From a virus, in IMG/VR virus record IMGVR_UViG_3300018005_000012, positions 27,435 through 91,434 of that record: a DNA stretch of 64,000 nucleotides; one strand, written 5' to 3'. Below, in pieces: positions 1-8,913 of the stretch. A model generated the notes under the pieces. The model made no database searches. It was not told where the DNA came from and was given only the letters and a program-made list of their open reading frames with translations. Made by a program: the position numbers and the translations under genes. The stretch's first letter is position 1. Each line of letters starts with the position of its first letter.

Positions 1-255
1 AACATAGGCAGGCCCACCCATATCCACAATCTTTGCTGGAGCCGCACCACCCCCATACCCTATGTATTGGACATCAGCATACAAAACCAACTGAGTGTAA
101 GCCTTTAGAGAGAGAAAATTATATTGAATAGAGTAACCAGAGATGGGAGAACATCCACCGATACAAGAGAGATTTGAAGTGAAGATAGGAAGTTTCGTAT
201 TCTGAACTAAAGGCCCACCTCTGCCAGCGAATCTAATCGGATTTTTGAGAACCAC
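1..255 (-). CDS. hypothetical protein, partial (runs off the left edge)
   Basis: Open frame from GTG at 255, just after the stop of the upstream gene, to position 1: MVLKNPIRFAGRGGPLVQNTKLPIF... Confidence 0.55.
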   Translation of the reverse strand, partial: MVLKNPIRFAGRGGPLVQNTKLPIFTSNLSCIGGCSPISGYSIQYNFLSLKAYTQLVLYADVQYIGYGGGAAPAKIVDMGGPAYV

Positions 256-257
256 GT

Positions 258-2198
258 TTATCGCCCTGCATGGGTGTTAAGATGATTGAGATAGTCTTTC
301 TCATACTTGAAAGCCTGCCCATCGAACTCACAACGGAAGGCCCCCTCTTGCTTCTCTGCCTCTGGTTCTTCAGTGGGTTCCTCTTCAGGTGGCTCTCCTT
401 CAGGTGGGAGTTCGGGTTCCTTACCCCCCTCGCCAATAGATGGCGTGGGTGGCCCCTTCTCCTTTGGCTCGCTAGGTTCCTTCCCCTTCTCTGGCTCTGG
501 CTCTTTGCCCTTCTCCTTATCCTTCCCCTTCGGCTTCTTGGGTGGAGTAGGCTTTGCAGTAGGCTTGGTAGTAGGCTTCTCAGGAACCTTACCCACCCAC
601 ATCTGTTCTCCATTGTGGAAGAGGATGGCCTCAAACTCCTGAAGGTCACGGAAGACTGTTTCATCCTGTGCAAACCAATCAATCAGAACGTCCAAGTCCT
701 GAGGTAGAATGTGTTGGAAAGTGAAGATGTAGGGCGAGTTGGCTAGGATGTCCTTGTTAACATCAGCCGTTCTTCGAGCCGCAAAGATGCCGCCCACATT
801 GTAGTTACGACCAACGTTGACCAACTCATTGAGCATACTTCCGGGCTTGGAGTTGTAACGGTCAACCTCGTCCAACACTATCATACAATCTCCTCTCTCC
901 AATGCTGCATAGATTATCTCATCTACACCCGCTTGGTCGGAAGGCGTGACCTGATGATAGTCTATGTTTGGCTGACCATTATACTCAGCAAAATTACCAA
1001 GAGCATCCAATAGGATAAACTGATAGTCCTTAAGGATGTCCGATAGAAGCACCTTGATGAGATTGGTCTTGCCCGAACCCGTCTTACCGAGTATGGTAAT
1101 CTTGTCCGAGACATCAACCTCAAGTTTGGGCTTCTCTTTGCTCTTCGCTTCTACAGTCGCAGGGTCAGTGCCAGCGACCTTCTGGGCCTCTGGCGAGAGT
1201 TGGGACTCAGGCTCCTTGCCCTTATCCTTCTCTGCAATGCGTGGGTCTTTGAGTTCCTCGGTTTTCCGACCTTGATATTCGCTATGACCACACTCATCGC
1301 AAATCCATGAGTTTGTATCTCCACCATAATAAGACATCGCACCCCCACATTCAGGACAGACCACTTCCTCGCTCTTAGACTGCCCTTCTTTTTGCTCTTT
1401 GATAACCTCGTTACAATCTGCACAGTTGTTAGGGCAGACATCATTATCCATAACACACTCTACACAAGAAGGTTCACAATCCAAAGAATATTCTTTCTTA
1501 CCATAGGTTTTTGATTCCCAATCTCGTTGTGGAAAACAGGTAGGGCATTCGGCATATCTTCCTTCATGATGCAGTATCTTGTGTTCTTCCTCACTGAACT
1601 GGGCTTCGCCTGTGAACTCTGAACTCTCTTCCTGAAGTTCGTCTCCATTATCTTCATCTGGCCCAAACTCCAATTCAATGAAGTCTTCAACATCTCCAAT
1701 TGGATACGAGTAACCACACTGAGAGCAAACCCACTTCCCCGCCTTCAGTGCGTCTGCTTGCTCTTCTGGCCCCATAGCCCACGGAAAGCCACAGTCGGGA
1801 CAATCGAAGAGAATGTAATCATCAACATCGCCCTCTCCCTTACCAGTAGGTGCTGTCATTTGAGTGCTAGTAGGAGTGAATTGGCTCTGAGTGAATGGAC
1901 TAACATTCTGTTGTGTAGTGGGGTTCAATTGCTGAGAAGGGTCGCCTTGGCTCTGTCCTTCCCAACCCTGTCCTGTTGAAGCGTCACCCTGCTCACCATA
2001 CCACTTCTCTTTCCATTCTGGATGATGCTGAAGAACGTGCTTGTCCATGTCCTCACTAGCCATCTCAGCCAAGTCCTGCCCACAGTCTGGGCAGACGGTA
2101 TCAGAAGACGACTGTTCAAATCTAACAGGGTCAGAAGGCTTGGAGCCAACACGGTGGTTAGGCCAATCTAAGACTTTCCTCACACTTTTGTCACTCAA
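258..2198 (-). CDS. acidic multi-Zn-finger protein with a C-terminal FtsK/HerA-superfamily (A32-like) P-loop ATPase
   Basis: Several CxxC/C2H2 modules; Walker A GKTGSGKT, Walker B IVLDEVD, Arg-finger-like GRNYNVG, downstream ILANS; Pro/Glu/Lys linker and terminal C2H2-like finger. Confidence 0.75.
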   Translation of the reverse strand: MSDKSVRKVLDWPNHRVGSKPSDPVRFEQSSSDTVCPDCGQDLAEMASEDMDKHVLQHHPEWKEKWYGEQGDASTGQGWEGQSQGDPSQQLNPTTQQNVSPFTQSQFTPTSTQMTAPTGKGEGDVDDYILFDCPDCGFPWAMGPEEQADALKAGKWVCSQCGYSYPIGDVEDFIELEFGPDEDNGDELQEESSEFTGEAQFSEEEHKILHHEGRYAECPTCFPQRDWESKTYGKKEYSLDCEPSCVECVMDNDVCPNNCADCNEVIKEQKEGQSKSEEVVCPECGGAMSYYGGDTNSWICDECGHSEYQGRKTEELKDPRIAEKDKGKEPESQLSPEAQKVAGTDPATVEAKSKEKPKLEVDVSDKITILGKTGSGKTNLIKVLLSDILKDYQFILLDALGNFAEYNGQPNIDYHQVTPSDQAGVDEIIYAALERGDCMIVLDEVDRYNSKPGSMLNELVNVGRNYNVGGIFAARRTADVNKDILANSPYIFTFQHILPQDLDVLIDWFAQDETVFRDLQEFEAILFHNGEQMWVGKVPEKPTTKPTAKPTPPKKPKGKDKEKGKEPEPEKGKEPSEPKEKGPPTPSIGEGGKEPELPPEGEPPEEEPTEEPEAEKQEGAFRCEFDGQAFKYEKDYLNHLNTHAGR

Positions 2199-2550
2199 CT
2201 TGTATCACCAAATAGTTGCTTGCCATTCTAAGCAGATTCGGGTCATCTTTGAAACACCCAAGACCACGATTGCAGTTTTCACATAAGACCCCTCTCAATT
2301 TGTTGGTCTTATGGTCGTGGTCGAGATGCTTGTTACGACCTTCAACTTCTACTCCACAAATCATACAATGAGAACTTGAATCGTAAACTGCTTGTGCTTC
2401 TTTCACATTCAATCCTCTAGTTTTCCAAGCACCGTGCCTTCCATTGAACTTCACACGCTCTGGATTCAAGGCTTTCCATTGTCTTAAATACTCTGGATTC
2501 TGCCTTCCATCAGGAAGCGAGTATGGAACCGTTGGTCTCTTATCAGACAT
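2191..2550 (-). CDS. endonuclease VII-like homing endonuclease
   Basis: CMICG...DHDH...RGVLCENCNRGLG signature. Confidence 0.85.
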   Translation of the reverse strand: MSDKRPTVPYSLPDGRQNPEYLRQWKALNPERVKFNGRHGAWKTRGLNVKEAQAVYDSSSHCMICGVEVEGRNKHLDHDHKTNKLRGVLCENCNRGLGCFKDDPNLLRMASNYLVIQVE

Positions 2551-2654
2551 ACTACATTGAATAAGCCCCTTCTCCTATTTAAACGTAGCCACTCCCTCGT
2601 AACGCAAACTCTTATAAAGGAGAAACGCCACTTTAAATATAGTATGTCTGATAA
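2540..2654. repeat. 15-bp perfect inverted repeat (TAGTATGTCTGATAA) bracketing a divergent promoter pair
   Basis: 2540-2554 TTATCAGACATACTA is the reverse complement of 2640-2654; each arm contains the ATG of one divergent gene; TATA boxes at about 2576-2583 (-) and 2611-2618 (+). Confidence 0.85.
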
Positions 2655-4542
2655 CTCCACCGATGACAAACCGAGAGATAACGTCATCACTGGCACACTG
2701 AAACGTCTGGGGTTCATCTCAGCCGCACCAAACAATCTGGTGACAGGAAAAGGATTGAGCGACCCAACTGCCCAAGCATCCTACAAGCCGCCCTTGGAAT
2801 CTCAGTTAGGACAGATTGATAGGGGTGAGGCGTGGTGGAGAGACTTCGCTTGGGAAGAGTATGCGACCAAAGACCTGCCCGGTCTCGGTCTAGGCTTCAC
2901 GGTCTACCCGTATGTTGCCGTCTGGGAGAAGATATGGGGAGCCGTCCCTACCGAAGACTACGAGAAGTATAAACAATACTACGTTCAGGAGCCGTTCATC
3001 AGAGCCACGATAGACTTCCACACACAGATGACTATCTCACAGGGCTATGAGTTGGACTACCCACTCGCTACTGTAGTGAAGGACGTTAAGGCTTTCCTTG
3101 ACAGACACGATTTCGTCAATCTACTGAAGGTCATGGTGAAGGATATGCTCGTCTTCGGTAACTCCTACACAGAGGTTGTCAGAACTTGGTTCTGCCACGA
3201 GACGGGTCACGACCTACAGGAACTAAGGATTTCCTATGAGACACAGGGAAAGGATGGAGAACCGGGATACTGGTGGACAGACAGAGTGGACGTTGCCGAT
3301 AAGCACAACAAGTTGTATCCGACCCACAAGTTGGAGAACCCCTATGGTGAGATTACCCGCTTCAAGCCACTCGACCCCATGTATATGCGTGTCAGAAGGG
3401 ATGCCTACGGAACCATCCTTGGGTATGTCCAGTATTACGTTTTTCCGTTGGTCACGTTCTTGGCTGACGAGATAGTTCACCTAAGATATATGCCTACCTC
3501 TTGGACTTACGAATCAGTCTACGGAGTTTCAATGCTGAGACCTATCCTCTTCCATCAGGAACTCATGAAGAACTATGAGCAAACGATGGGAGCCATCATG
3601 AATGTCTTCCTGAAACCGATGTTCCTAGTCCATGTTGGCACTTCAGATAACGGCCTGCCTACAGGAGAAGTAACCAACCAACAGTATAATGCGGTAAGGA
3701 GATACTTCCAGTCGAGCCAGCCCGGACAGTCCATCGTAATCAGAGCCTCAAGTCCCGTGAAGGTAGAGCCAATCAACCCACCCATTGACAGAATGCAGAC
3801 CACATCCTTCTGGCTTCAGTGGTTACACAACATGAGAACCTACGCCCTATCTGTTCCCAAGTTCTTCACCGACCCTGCTGGACTCAACAGAGCCACAGCC
3901 CAGACAGTAGAGAGAGGATACTTTACTTTCATCAGTTCCAACCGCCAGTCCTTGAACAGCCAACTAGAACGGAGCATCATGATAATGGTGTTGAAGTCGC
4001 TCTATGGTAAGGTTGCAGACGAACTCATCCATGAGTATGATGTGCCCAAGTTTATCTGGAAACCAGTGAAAGAGGACTCCCTAGAGGACAAAGCAAAAAC
4101 TTATTTACCCCTCTACGCAAGCCGTATCCTGACAAGAGATGAAGTCAGAAAGGCACTCGGCTTTGAGCCACTGGATGAGGAAGCGTTGGAACAGGAGATA
4201 GGTGAGACAATGCCACCTATGGCTCAGACAGGAGCAGGAGCACCCGGAGTGACACATGAAGGAACACCGACCTTCGGTAGTCCAGATGAGAAGATGGCCA
4301 CAAGACCGCCTGACGTTGGTGTATCGCCAAACGTAGGAGCCGAACCAGAATGGGGAGCAGACATGGCAGAGAAGACCGAACAAGGAGAAAGACTAACAGA
4401 GGTAGAAGACGACATAGATGCCTTGAGACAGGAGTTTAGTGCTCTTAAGAGAGAGGCACAAGGCTTGTTAGATATGCCCACTACAGAGGACATAGAAAAG
4501 AATCTAACAGAAATGAAGAAACGGCTTGGCGGGAAGCAATGA
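2644..4542 (+). CDS. portal protein
   Basis: Portal-like motifs DMLVFGNSY, PLDPMYMRV, DEIVHLRY, YGVSMLRPI, NRATA, ILTRDEVRKALGFEPL; start moved to ATG 2644 behind a TATA box. Confidence 0.88.
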   Translation: MSDNSTDDKPRDNVITGTLKRLGFISAAPNNLVTGKGLSDPTAQASYKPPLESQLGQIDRGEAWWRDFAWEEYATKDLPGLGLGFTVYPYVAVWEKIWGAVPTEDYEKYKQYYVQEPFIRATIDFHTQMTISQGYELDYPLATVVKDVKAFLDRHDFVNLLKVMVKDMLVFGNSYTEVVRTWFCHETGHDLQELRISYETQGKDGEPGYWWTDRVDVADKHNKLYPTHKLENPYGEITRFKPLDPMYMRVRRDAYGTILGYVQYYVFPLVTFLADEIVHLRYMPTSWTYESVYGVSMLRPILFHQELMKNYEQTMGAIMNVFLKPMFLVHVGTSDNGLPTGEVTNQQYNAVRRYFQSSQPGQSIVIRASSPVKVEPINPPIDRMQTTSFWLQWLHNMRTYALSVPKFFTDPAGLNRATAQTVERGYFTFISSNRQSLNSQLERSIMIMVLKSLYGKVADELIHEYDVPKFIWKPVKEDSLEDKAKTYLPLYASRILTRDEVRKALGFEPLDEEALEQEIGETMPPMAQTGAGAPGVTHEGTPTFGSPDEKMATRPPDVGVSPNVGAEPEWGADMAEKTEQGERLTEVEDDIDALRQEFSALKREAQGLLDMPTTEDIEKNLTEMKKRLGGKQ

Positions 4543-4682
4543 AAAGCGACAATGAGACGTTCTTCGCTTGCATTCGCCACCCCTGTTCTCTAACCTTTAG
4601 AGAGGTTTTCTTTCTGATACATCTAGGTTTCGAGCCATGCCCAATGTGCGGCTGTCCTTTAGGTTCTCACAAAGAAGTGTGA
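4539..4682 (+). CDS. 47-aa Zn-finger microprotein
   Basis: ATGA overlap with the portal stop; MKSDNETFFACIRHPC...CPMCGCPLGSHKEV. Confidence 0.55.
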   Translation: MKSDNETFFACIRHPCSLTFREVFFLIHLGFEPCPMCGCPLGSHKEV

Positions 4683-4683
4683 G

Positions 4684-4703
4684 AATCCTTTTATACCCTG
4701 CTA
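4684..4703 (+). promoter_or_regulatory. archaeal-type promoter of RPA; identical 20-mer at 12580
   Basis: AATCCTTTTATACCCTGCTA, 35 nt before ATG 4719. Confidence 0.75.
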
Positions 4704-4718
4704 CAGTAGGGGGTGGTA

Positions 4719-5558
4719 ATGACGCAACCTACAATCGAGGAAATGCTCCGCAAATACCCCGCCCTCAAACGGTTTGAGAGCAACCCAGACGCAGTTCGCC
4801 AACTCTTCGCAGAACTCAATCCTAAGAAGAGCCTCTCTGATTTAGGAGAGGGAGACTATGTGAATGGGATTGATGTCCTGATTGTGAGAGTCATTGGCAC
4901 ATCCTACTATGTGGGATGTCCAGTGTGCTACCGCAAGAAGGAAGGCGTTGAGATTGGCACATCATTCGACTGCACCGATGTCAAGTGCCATACACAGAGA
5001 GTCGCAACCAAACTGACCAAGTGGACACTGCTAGGTGGAGACGAAAAGACAAAGGCCATTCTCGACTTCCCACCCTTCGCCTACAAGATAGAAGACGGAA
5101 ACGAATACTTGGCGAAGGTTGTCAACATCAAAGGAAGAGTGCAAAAGATGACCGACCAAAAGCAGAATGGACAGGTGGTAGGGAAGACCCCCGTAATCAT
5201 GGTGAGAGACATGACTGTTGTCTCAGACATAAGAGACGCAGAAGTGGAACCTCTCGCAGAGATAATCACCAAATCTACGTTGGCAGAAGCCGCCCAAATA
5301 CCGTTGACTCCGACTGCCACAGCACCTACTCAAGCGTCTCCACCTGCTCCACCCGTCCCAACCATCCCCGAAGCCAAACTCAAAGCGTTCAACACTTGGA
5401 TGACCATCATGAAGACGGTGACAGATGCCCAACTGAAGAACCACGTTGAGAACAACCTCAAGTTGAAGTTGGATGACGTTCTGCCTCTTGTGGACAAGCA
5501 CTTCCTAGACAACAACCAGACAACCGTATTTACGCTGAGACCTGAACCTACACACTGA
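4719..5558 (+). CDS. RPA-like OB-fold ssDNA-binding protein with Zn ribbon
   Basis: YYVGCPVC...CTDVKC Zn ribbon inserted in an OB-fold as in RPA70C/archaeal RPA; Pro-rich linker and small C-terminal domain. Confidence 0.75.
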   Translation: MTQPTIEEMLRKYPALKRFESNPDAVRQLFAELNPKKSLSDLGEGDYVNGIDVLIVRVIGTSYYVGCPVCYRKKEGVEIGTSFDCTDVKCHTQRVATKLTKWTLLGGDEKTKAILDFPPFAYKIEDGNEYLAKVVNIKGRVQKMTDQKQNGQVVGKTPVIMVRDMTVVSDIRDAEVEPLAEIITKSTLAEAAQIPLTPTATAPTQASPPAPPVPTIPEAKLKAFNTWMTIMKTVTDAQLKNHVENNLKLKLDDVLPLVDKHFLDNNQTTVFTLRPEPTH

Positions 5559-5579
5559 GGTTCGGGTCTTCCCCTTTTC
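5538..5579 (+). terminator. hairpin plus pyrimidine tract after RPA
   Basis: AGACCTGAACCT...AGGTTCGGGTCT followed by TCCCCTTTTC. Confidence 0.5.
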
Positions 5580-5583
5580 TGAA

Positions 5584-5597
5584 CACCTTTAAATAGT
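5584..5597 (+). promoter_or_regulatory. shared promoter CACCTTTAAATAGT (copy 1 of 4)
   Basis: Identical 14-mer at 9784-9797 (-), 34626-34639 and 43374-43387. Confidence 0.8.
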
Positions 5598-5620
5598 CCC
5601 GTCACTCTTATCTCCTTAGT

Positions 5621-6712
5621 ATGCAACCGCCTTACGCACCTGCATCGCCCCAACAGCCAGCACCGAAGCAGGGCCAGCCGAACTATCCTAACATCGAGAA
5701 GTTCAATGAAGAGCAACCCAAAGGGCCATGTGCACTTTGCGACCAACCGTGGGAAAATCATTGGACTATAGACGACCATGAGTATATGCCACTAAAGACG
5801 GAAGAGCCAGCCCCTAGTGATGTTTGTCAAGAATGTGGAGACTTGCTTTCAGTAGAAGAGATAGAAAAGGGTGAGATATACTGTTCTAACTGTAAAACCG
5901 ATGTTATGGAGAAACAGGAACCAGACCCTAGCAATCCTGATAGAGAGTTGGACACTGACCCTGAGATTCCAGAGCCAGTAGAGCCGGGTGAGGACGAGGA
6001 CGAGAAGAAGCCTTTTGACGGTAAGCCAGTCACAACCGAAGGGCTAGAGGTTCCAGACAAGATTGAGATACCTGAGAGGCTCTACAACGACCTGATGATG
6101 ATGATTGAATACTCCGTGAGTAATGACAATGAAGCGGGTGGCTTCCTCATAGTTGCCAAGCATGGTGAACTAGGTGTAGTGGGAGAGCAGTTTGGGAAGG
6201 ACAGGGAGATAGTGCTGGAGCCTAACGAGCAACTCCATGAAGGGGAGTCTCTCATTGGAACAGTCCATATGCACCCCGTAACTCCAACGGCCAGCACTGG
6301 CGATGTCTCTGGTTACTTGGGCGATGAAAACGAGAAGGTCATGGTGGTCGTGGGACAGGACAAGTCTATCAACTTCTTCTTCAAGACCCCCTTCACAGCC
6401 GAAGGAGACTACGGAGAGGAGATAAGCGACAACTTCGAGCAGGAAGACATGGATATGCTGGCCGAAGGGCTAGGCTTCATCTGGTATCGGGGCGAGGAAT
6501 CGGACAGGACTACCCTCAACCTCATGTCCAATACGGTGGACAACGTGGAGTTGAACATCGTAGAAGACGTTTGGCCCGTTGAAGACCTCGTGAAAGGGCT
6601 AGGGATTAAGGGCAGACCTGACATACCGGAAGAGTATTCAACCAAAAAACAGCCACTTCGTCTTCAGATACCGTTCCATCTACACTGCAACGAGAGAAGG
6701 CTAATTGGATAG
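5621..6712 (+). CDS. acidic Zn-finger protein with a JAB/MPN+ (JAMM) metalloprotease domain
   Basis: NEAGGFL...IGTVHMHP-x4-S-xx-D matches the JAMM motif E..HxH..S..D; N-terminal CxxC fingers. Confidence 0.75.
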   Translation: MQPPYAPASPQQPAPKQGQPNYPNIEKFNEEQPKGPCALCDQPWENHWTIDDHEYMPLKTEEPAPSDVCQECGDLLSVEEIEKGEIYCSNCKTDVMEKQEPDPSNPDRELDTDPEIPEPVEPGEDEDEKKPFDGKPVTTEGLEVPDKIEIPERLYNDLMMMIEYSVSNDNEAGGFLIVAKHGELGVVGEQFGKDREIVLEPNEQLHEGESLIGTVHMHPVTPTASTGDVSGYLGDENEKVMVVVGQDKSINFFFKTPFTAEGDYGEEISDNFEQEDMDMLAEGLGFIWYRGEESDRTTLNLMSNTVDNVELNIVEDVWPVEDLVKGLGIKGRPDIPEEYSTKKQPLRLQIPFHLHCNERRLIG

Positions 6713-6801
6713 CATAATCTTTAAATAGTCTGCTACCATAGGGTGTGTGCGAACCATCAGATGTATGACACCCATACTTGCCGTGTGAATGAAGCGTGAT
6801 T

Positions 6802-6820
6802 GGGGGTATAGTATACCCCC
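6802..6820. repeat. palindrome GGGGGTATA-G-TATACCCCC
   Basis: 9-bp perfect arms, extendable with GCGT/ACGC; lies downstream of an orphan TATA box at about 6720. Confidence 0.8.
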
Positions 6821-6860
6821 TAAACGCAATGTTTAATAGGTATGAATGTGAAAAGGGGGT

Positions 6861-7100
6861 ATGGTAGCCCTCTCAGACGTTGGGAAATATCTGAAGGAAG
6901 AGGCCAAGTTCCTTGGTGTTACTCTGTTGGCAACAGCCGCAGGGGGCATCGTTGGAGCAGTGATAGCATGGGTCATTTCACTATTCAGTGGAGTGCCCGT
7001 TCTCTCATCGGCAATCGTTCAGCCTGCCTTTGTAGCCCTAGCACCGCTAGGAGCATTGGCTGGCTTTGCGACCTCTTTCATACGCAGGATGTTGGCGTAA
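6861..7100 (+). CDS. small two-TM membrane protein
   Basis: Hydrophobic Gly/Ala-rich segments; TATA box upstream. Confidence 0.65.
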   Translation: MVALSDVGKYLKEEAKFLGVTLLATAAGGIVGAVIAWVISLFSGVPVLSSAIVQPAFVALAPLGALAGFATSFIRRMLA

Positions 7101-7171
7101 GGAAATCTACGCCAACACGGTTTTTTTCTAACCTAGCCTATATCTTTATATAGGTCACTCTCTAAGGAAAT

Positions 7172-7555
7172 GTGTTGCCAAAGAAAACATGGGGTGTTAT
7201 TGAAATTAGAAGAACCACCAGTGGGTGGTGGGATGGAGTTGTCAACATTGAAGCGTTGGTTGAAGCAGTTCCAGAGGTTACGGGGCCACTCTTCGATGTA
7301 GACAATGATAAGGGGCTGAAGCCTATAGCCGCCAGACGAGAAGTGCCAGCCGACAGGTCTTTCATGACTGAGACTCTCTTGAAGGAAATGGGCATCCTTC
7401 ATTACAACGACTCGTGGATAGGCTCGGATGAGATAGAAGAGGTCTTCAGCGTTACAAGACCGAAGAAGGGATGGGCCACCGTCTTCAATCTCATTAAGAA
7501 CTTTGCCTCACAGTATGGCGGAGAGAACGTAAGGCTGATTGTCTGGTTTAGTTAG
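7172..7555 (+). CDS. hypothetical protein
   Basis: ORF behind TCTTTATATAGG; ends NVRLIVWFS, a common phage-protein terminus. Confidence 0.6.
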   Translation: MLPKKTWGVIEIRRTTSGWWDGVVNIEALVEAVPEVTGPLFDVDNDKGLKPIAARREVPADRSFMTETLLKEMGILHYNDSWIGSDEIEEVFSVTRPKKGWATVFNLIKNFASQYGGENVRLIVWFS

Positions 7556-7601
7556 GATTTTGCTTAGAATCTTTATATAGGTTGCTCACTAAGGGTAGCC
7601 G

Positions 7602-8561
7602 ATGAACATATCCAGAAAGACAGCAACACGAGTTCTTCCTTCACTCATAGTCGCAACTCTACTTGTTCTGGCCATCATGATACCAGTAGTGTTGGCATGG
7701 AACGGAACCTGTAGCGAAACCTATCCATCAGACACTAACCTTGGCACAGCATCCGTATCAGCAAACGGAATTTATCATGTTGTGCAAGGAGACCCATTCA
7801 CAATTCCTAGTCTCACTGGTTGGTGTTGGAATCTGAATGTGAATGTGCCAACGAAGGGCACGACCACAACCACAGTAACTTCGCCTACCACTACAACTAA
7901 GACGATGCCGACTACAGTGACGAGCACCGTTACTGGCCCAACAACAACTAAGACCGCTACAACAACCCTTCCAGCAAATACAGTGACAAACACACAAACT
8001 TCTACAGAAACGCAAAGTGTCACTACAACTGAAACAGAGACCCTTCCGGTCACTACTACACAGACTCTTACACAGACTAGCACCGAAGTCCAGACTCAGA
8101 GTGTAACGCAAACTGAGACAACAACCGTAACTAACACGGTAACTGGTGAGGGTCAGAATGTGACTGAGACAGTAACAGAGACTAACACACAAGTTGTTCC
8201 TGTAGTAACGACTCAGACTGTTACAGAAACAACAACAGAGTTTGGTATTGGATTTGTTACTCAAGTGATAACAACGACTCTACCGAACCCGAACACTGTT
8301 ACTCAGACCACAACTCAGACTAACACCCAACCGACCACAGTAACGGCACAAGGCCCAACGATAACAACGACAGAACAGGGGCCGACTGGAACCGTAACAC
8401 ACACAGTCACACAAACTGTCACTCACACACCACTAACCACTCCTCCGCCCACTGGCAACTTCCCCATCTTAGGACTTCCGTTCCTAGTATGGCTTTGGGT
8501 ATTGGTGGCTGGCGGCTGTGGTATCGTCATAGGTTACACCGTCACACGGAAGAAACCGTAA
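7602..8561 (+). CDS. Thr-rich cell-surface protein (signal peptide, Thr stalk, C-terminal TM anchor)
   Basis: N-terminal hydrophobic signal, long T/V-rich repeats, TM helix followed by RKKP. Confidence 0.8.
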   Translation: MNISRKTATRVLPSLIVATLLVLAIMIPVVLAWNGTCSETYPSDTNLGTASVSANGIYHVVQGDPFTIPSLTGWCWNLNVNVPTKGTTTTTVTSPTTTTKTMPTTVTSTVTGPTTTKTATTTLPANTVTNTQTSTETQSVTTTETETLPVTTTQTLTQTSTEVQTQSVTQTETTTVTNTVTGEGQNVTETVTETNTQVVPVVTTQTVTETTTEFGIGFVTQVITTTLPNPNTVTQTTTQTNTQPTTVTAQGPTITTTEQGPTGTVTHTVTQTVTHTPLTTPPPTGNFPILGLPFLVWLWVLVAGGCGIVIGYTVTRKKP

Positions 8562-8567
8562 AGGGAC

Positions 8568-8600
8568 TCAGGGATTAGTCCCTGATTCCTTCCCCCTTTT
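8568..8600. terminator. hairpin between convergent genes
   Basis: TCAGGGA-TTAG-TCCCTGA followed by a pyrimidine tract. Confidence 0.5.
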
Positions 8601-8913
8601 AAATAAGAACGTGCAAGAAGTAGAGTATCGTTGCTAAGGCCGCACCAGACGCAATTACTCCGCCTATGGTAGCGAAGAGTTTAATCGTAAAGTCCCTGTA
8701 GTCTGTGCCCTTCTGCACTCCTCTTTCGAGAACACCAACACGCTCTGCCAAGACAGTGCTGTTGTGATTCATAATGGCACAACTCTCTTTAATCGAGTCT
8801 ATCTTCACTCCAAGTGTGGCTCTATCGGCTTTGCTCTCAGCAATGAAATCAGTCAACTTATCATTCAGTTGAAGTAACAAATCTCGTGTGGTTGAACCAT
8901 TCTCAGCCATCAC
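8599..8913 (-). CDS. coiled-coil protein with C-terminal TM helix (holin/XhlA-like architecture)
   Basis: Heptad-rich N-terminal region plus one terminal TM segment. Confidence 0.55.
   Translation of the reverse strand: MMAENGSTTRDLLLQLNDKLTDFIAESKADRATLGVKIDSIKESCAIMNHNSTVLAERVGVLERGVQKGTDYRDFTIKLFATIGGVIASGAALATILYFLHVLI

Noticed and set aside
2557-2643. N-terminal extension of the portal given by the ORF track
   Set aside because: It spans the divergent promoter region; TATA spacing supports ATG 2644
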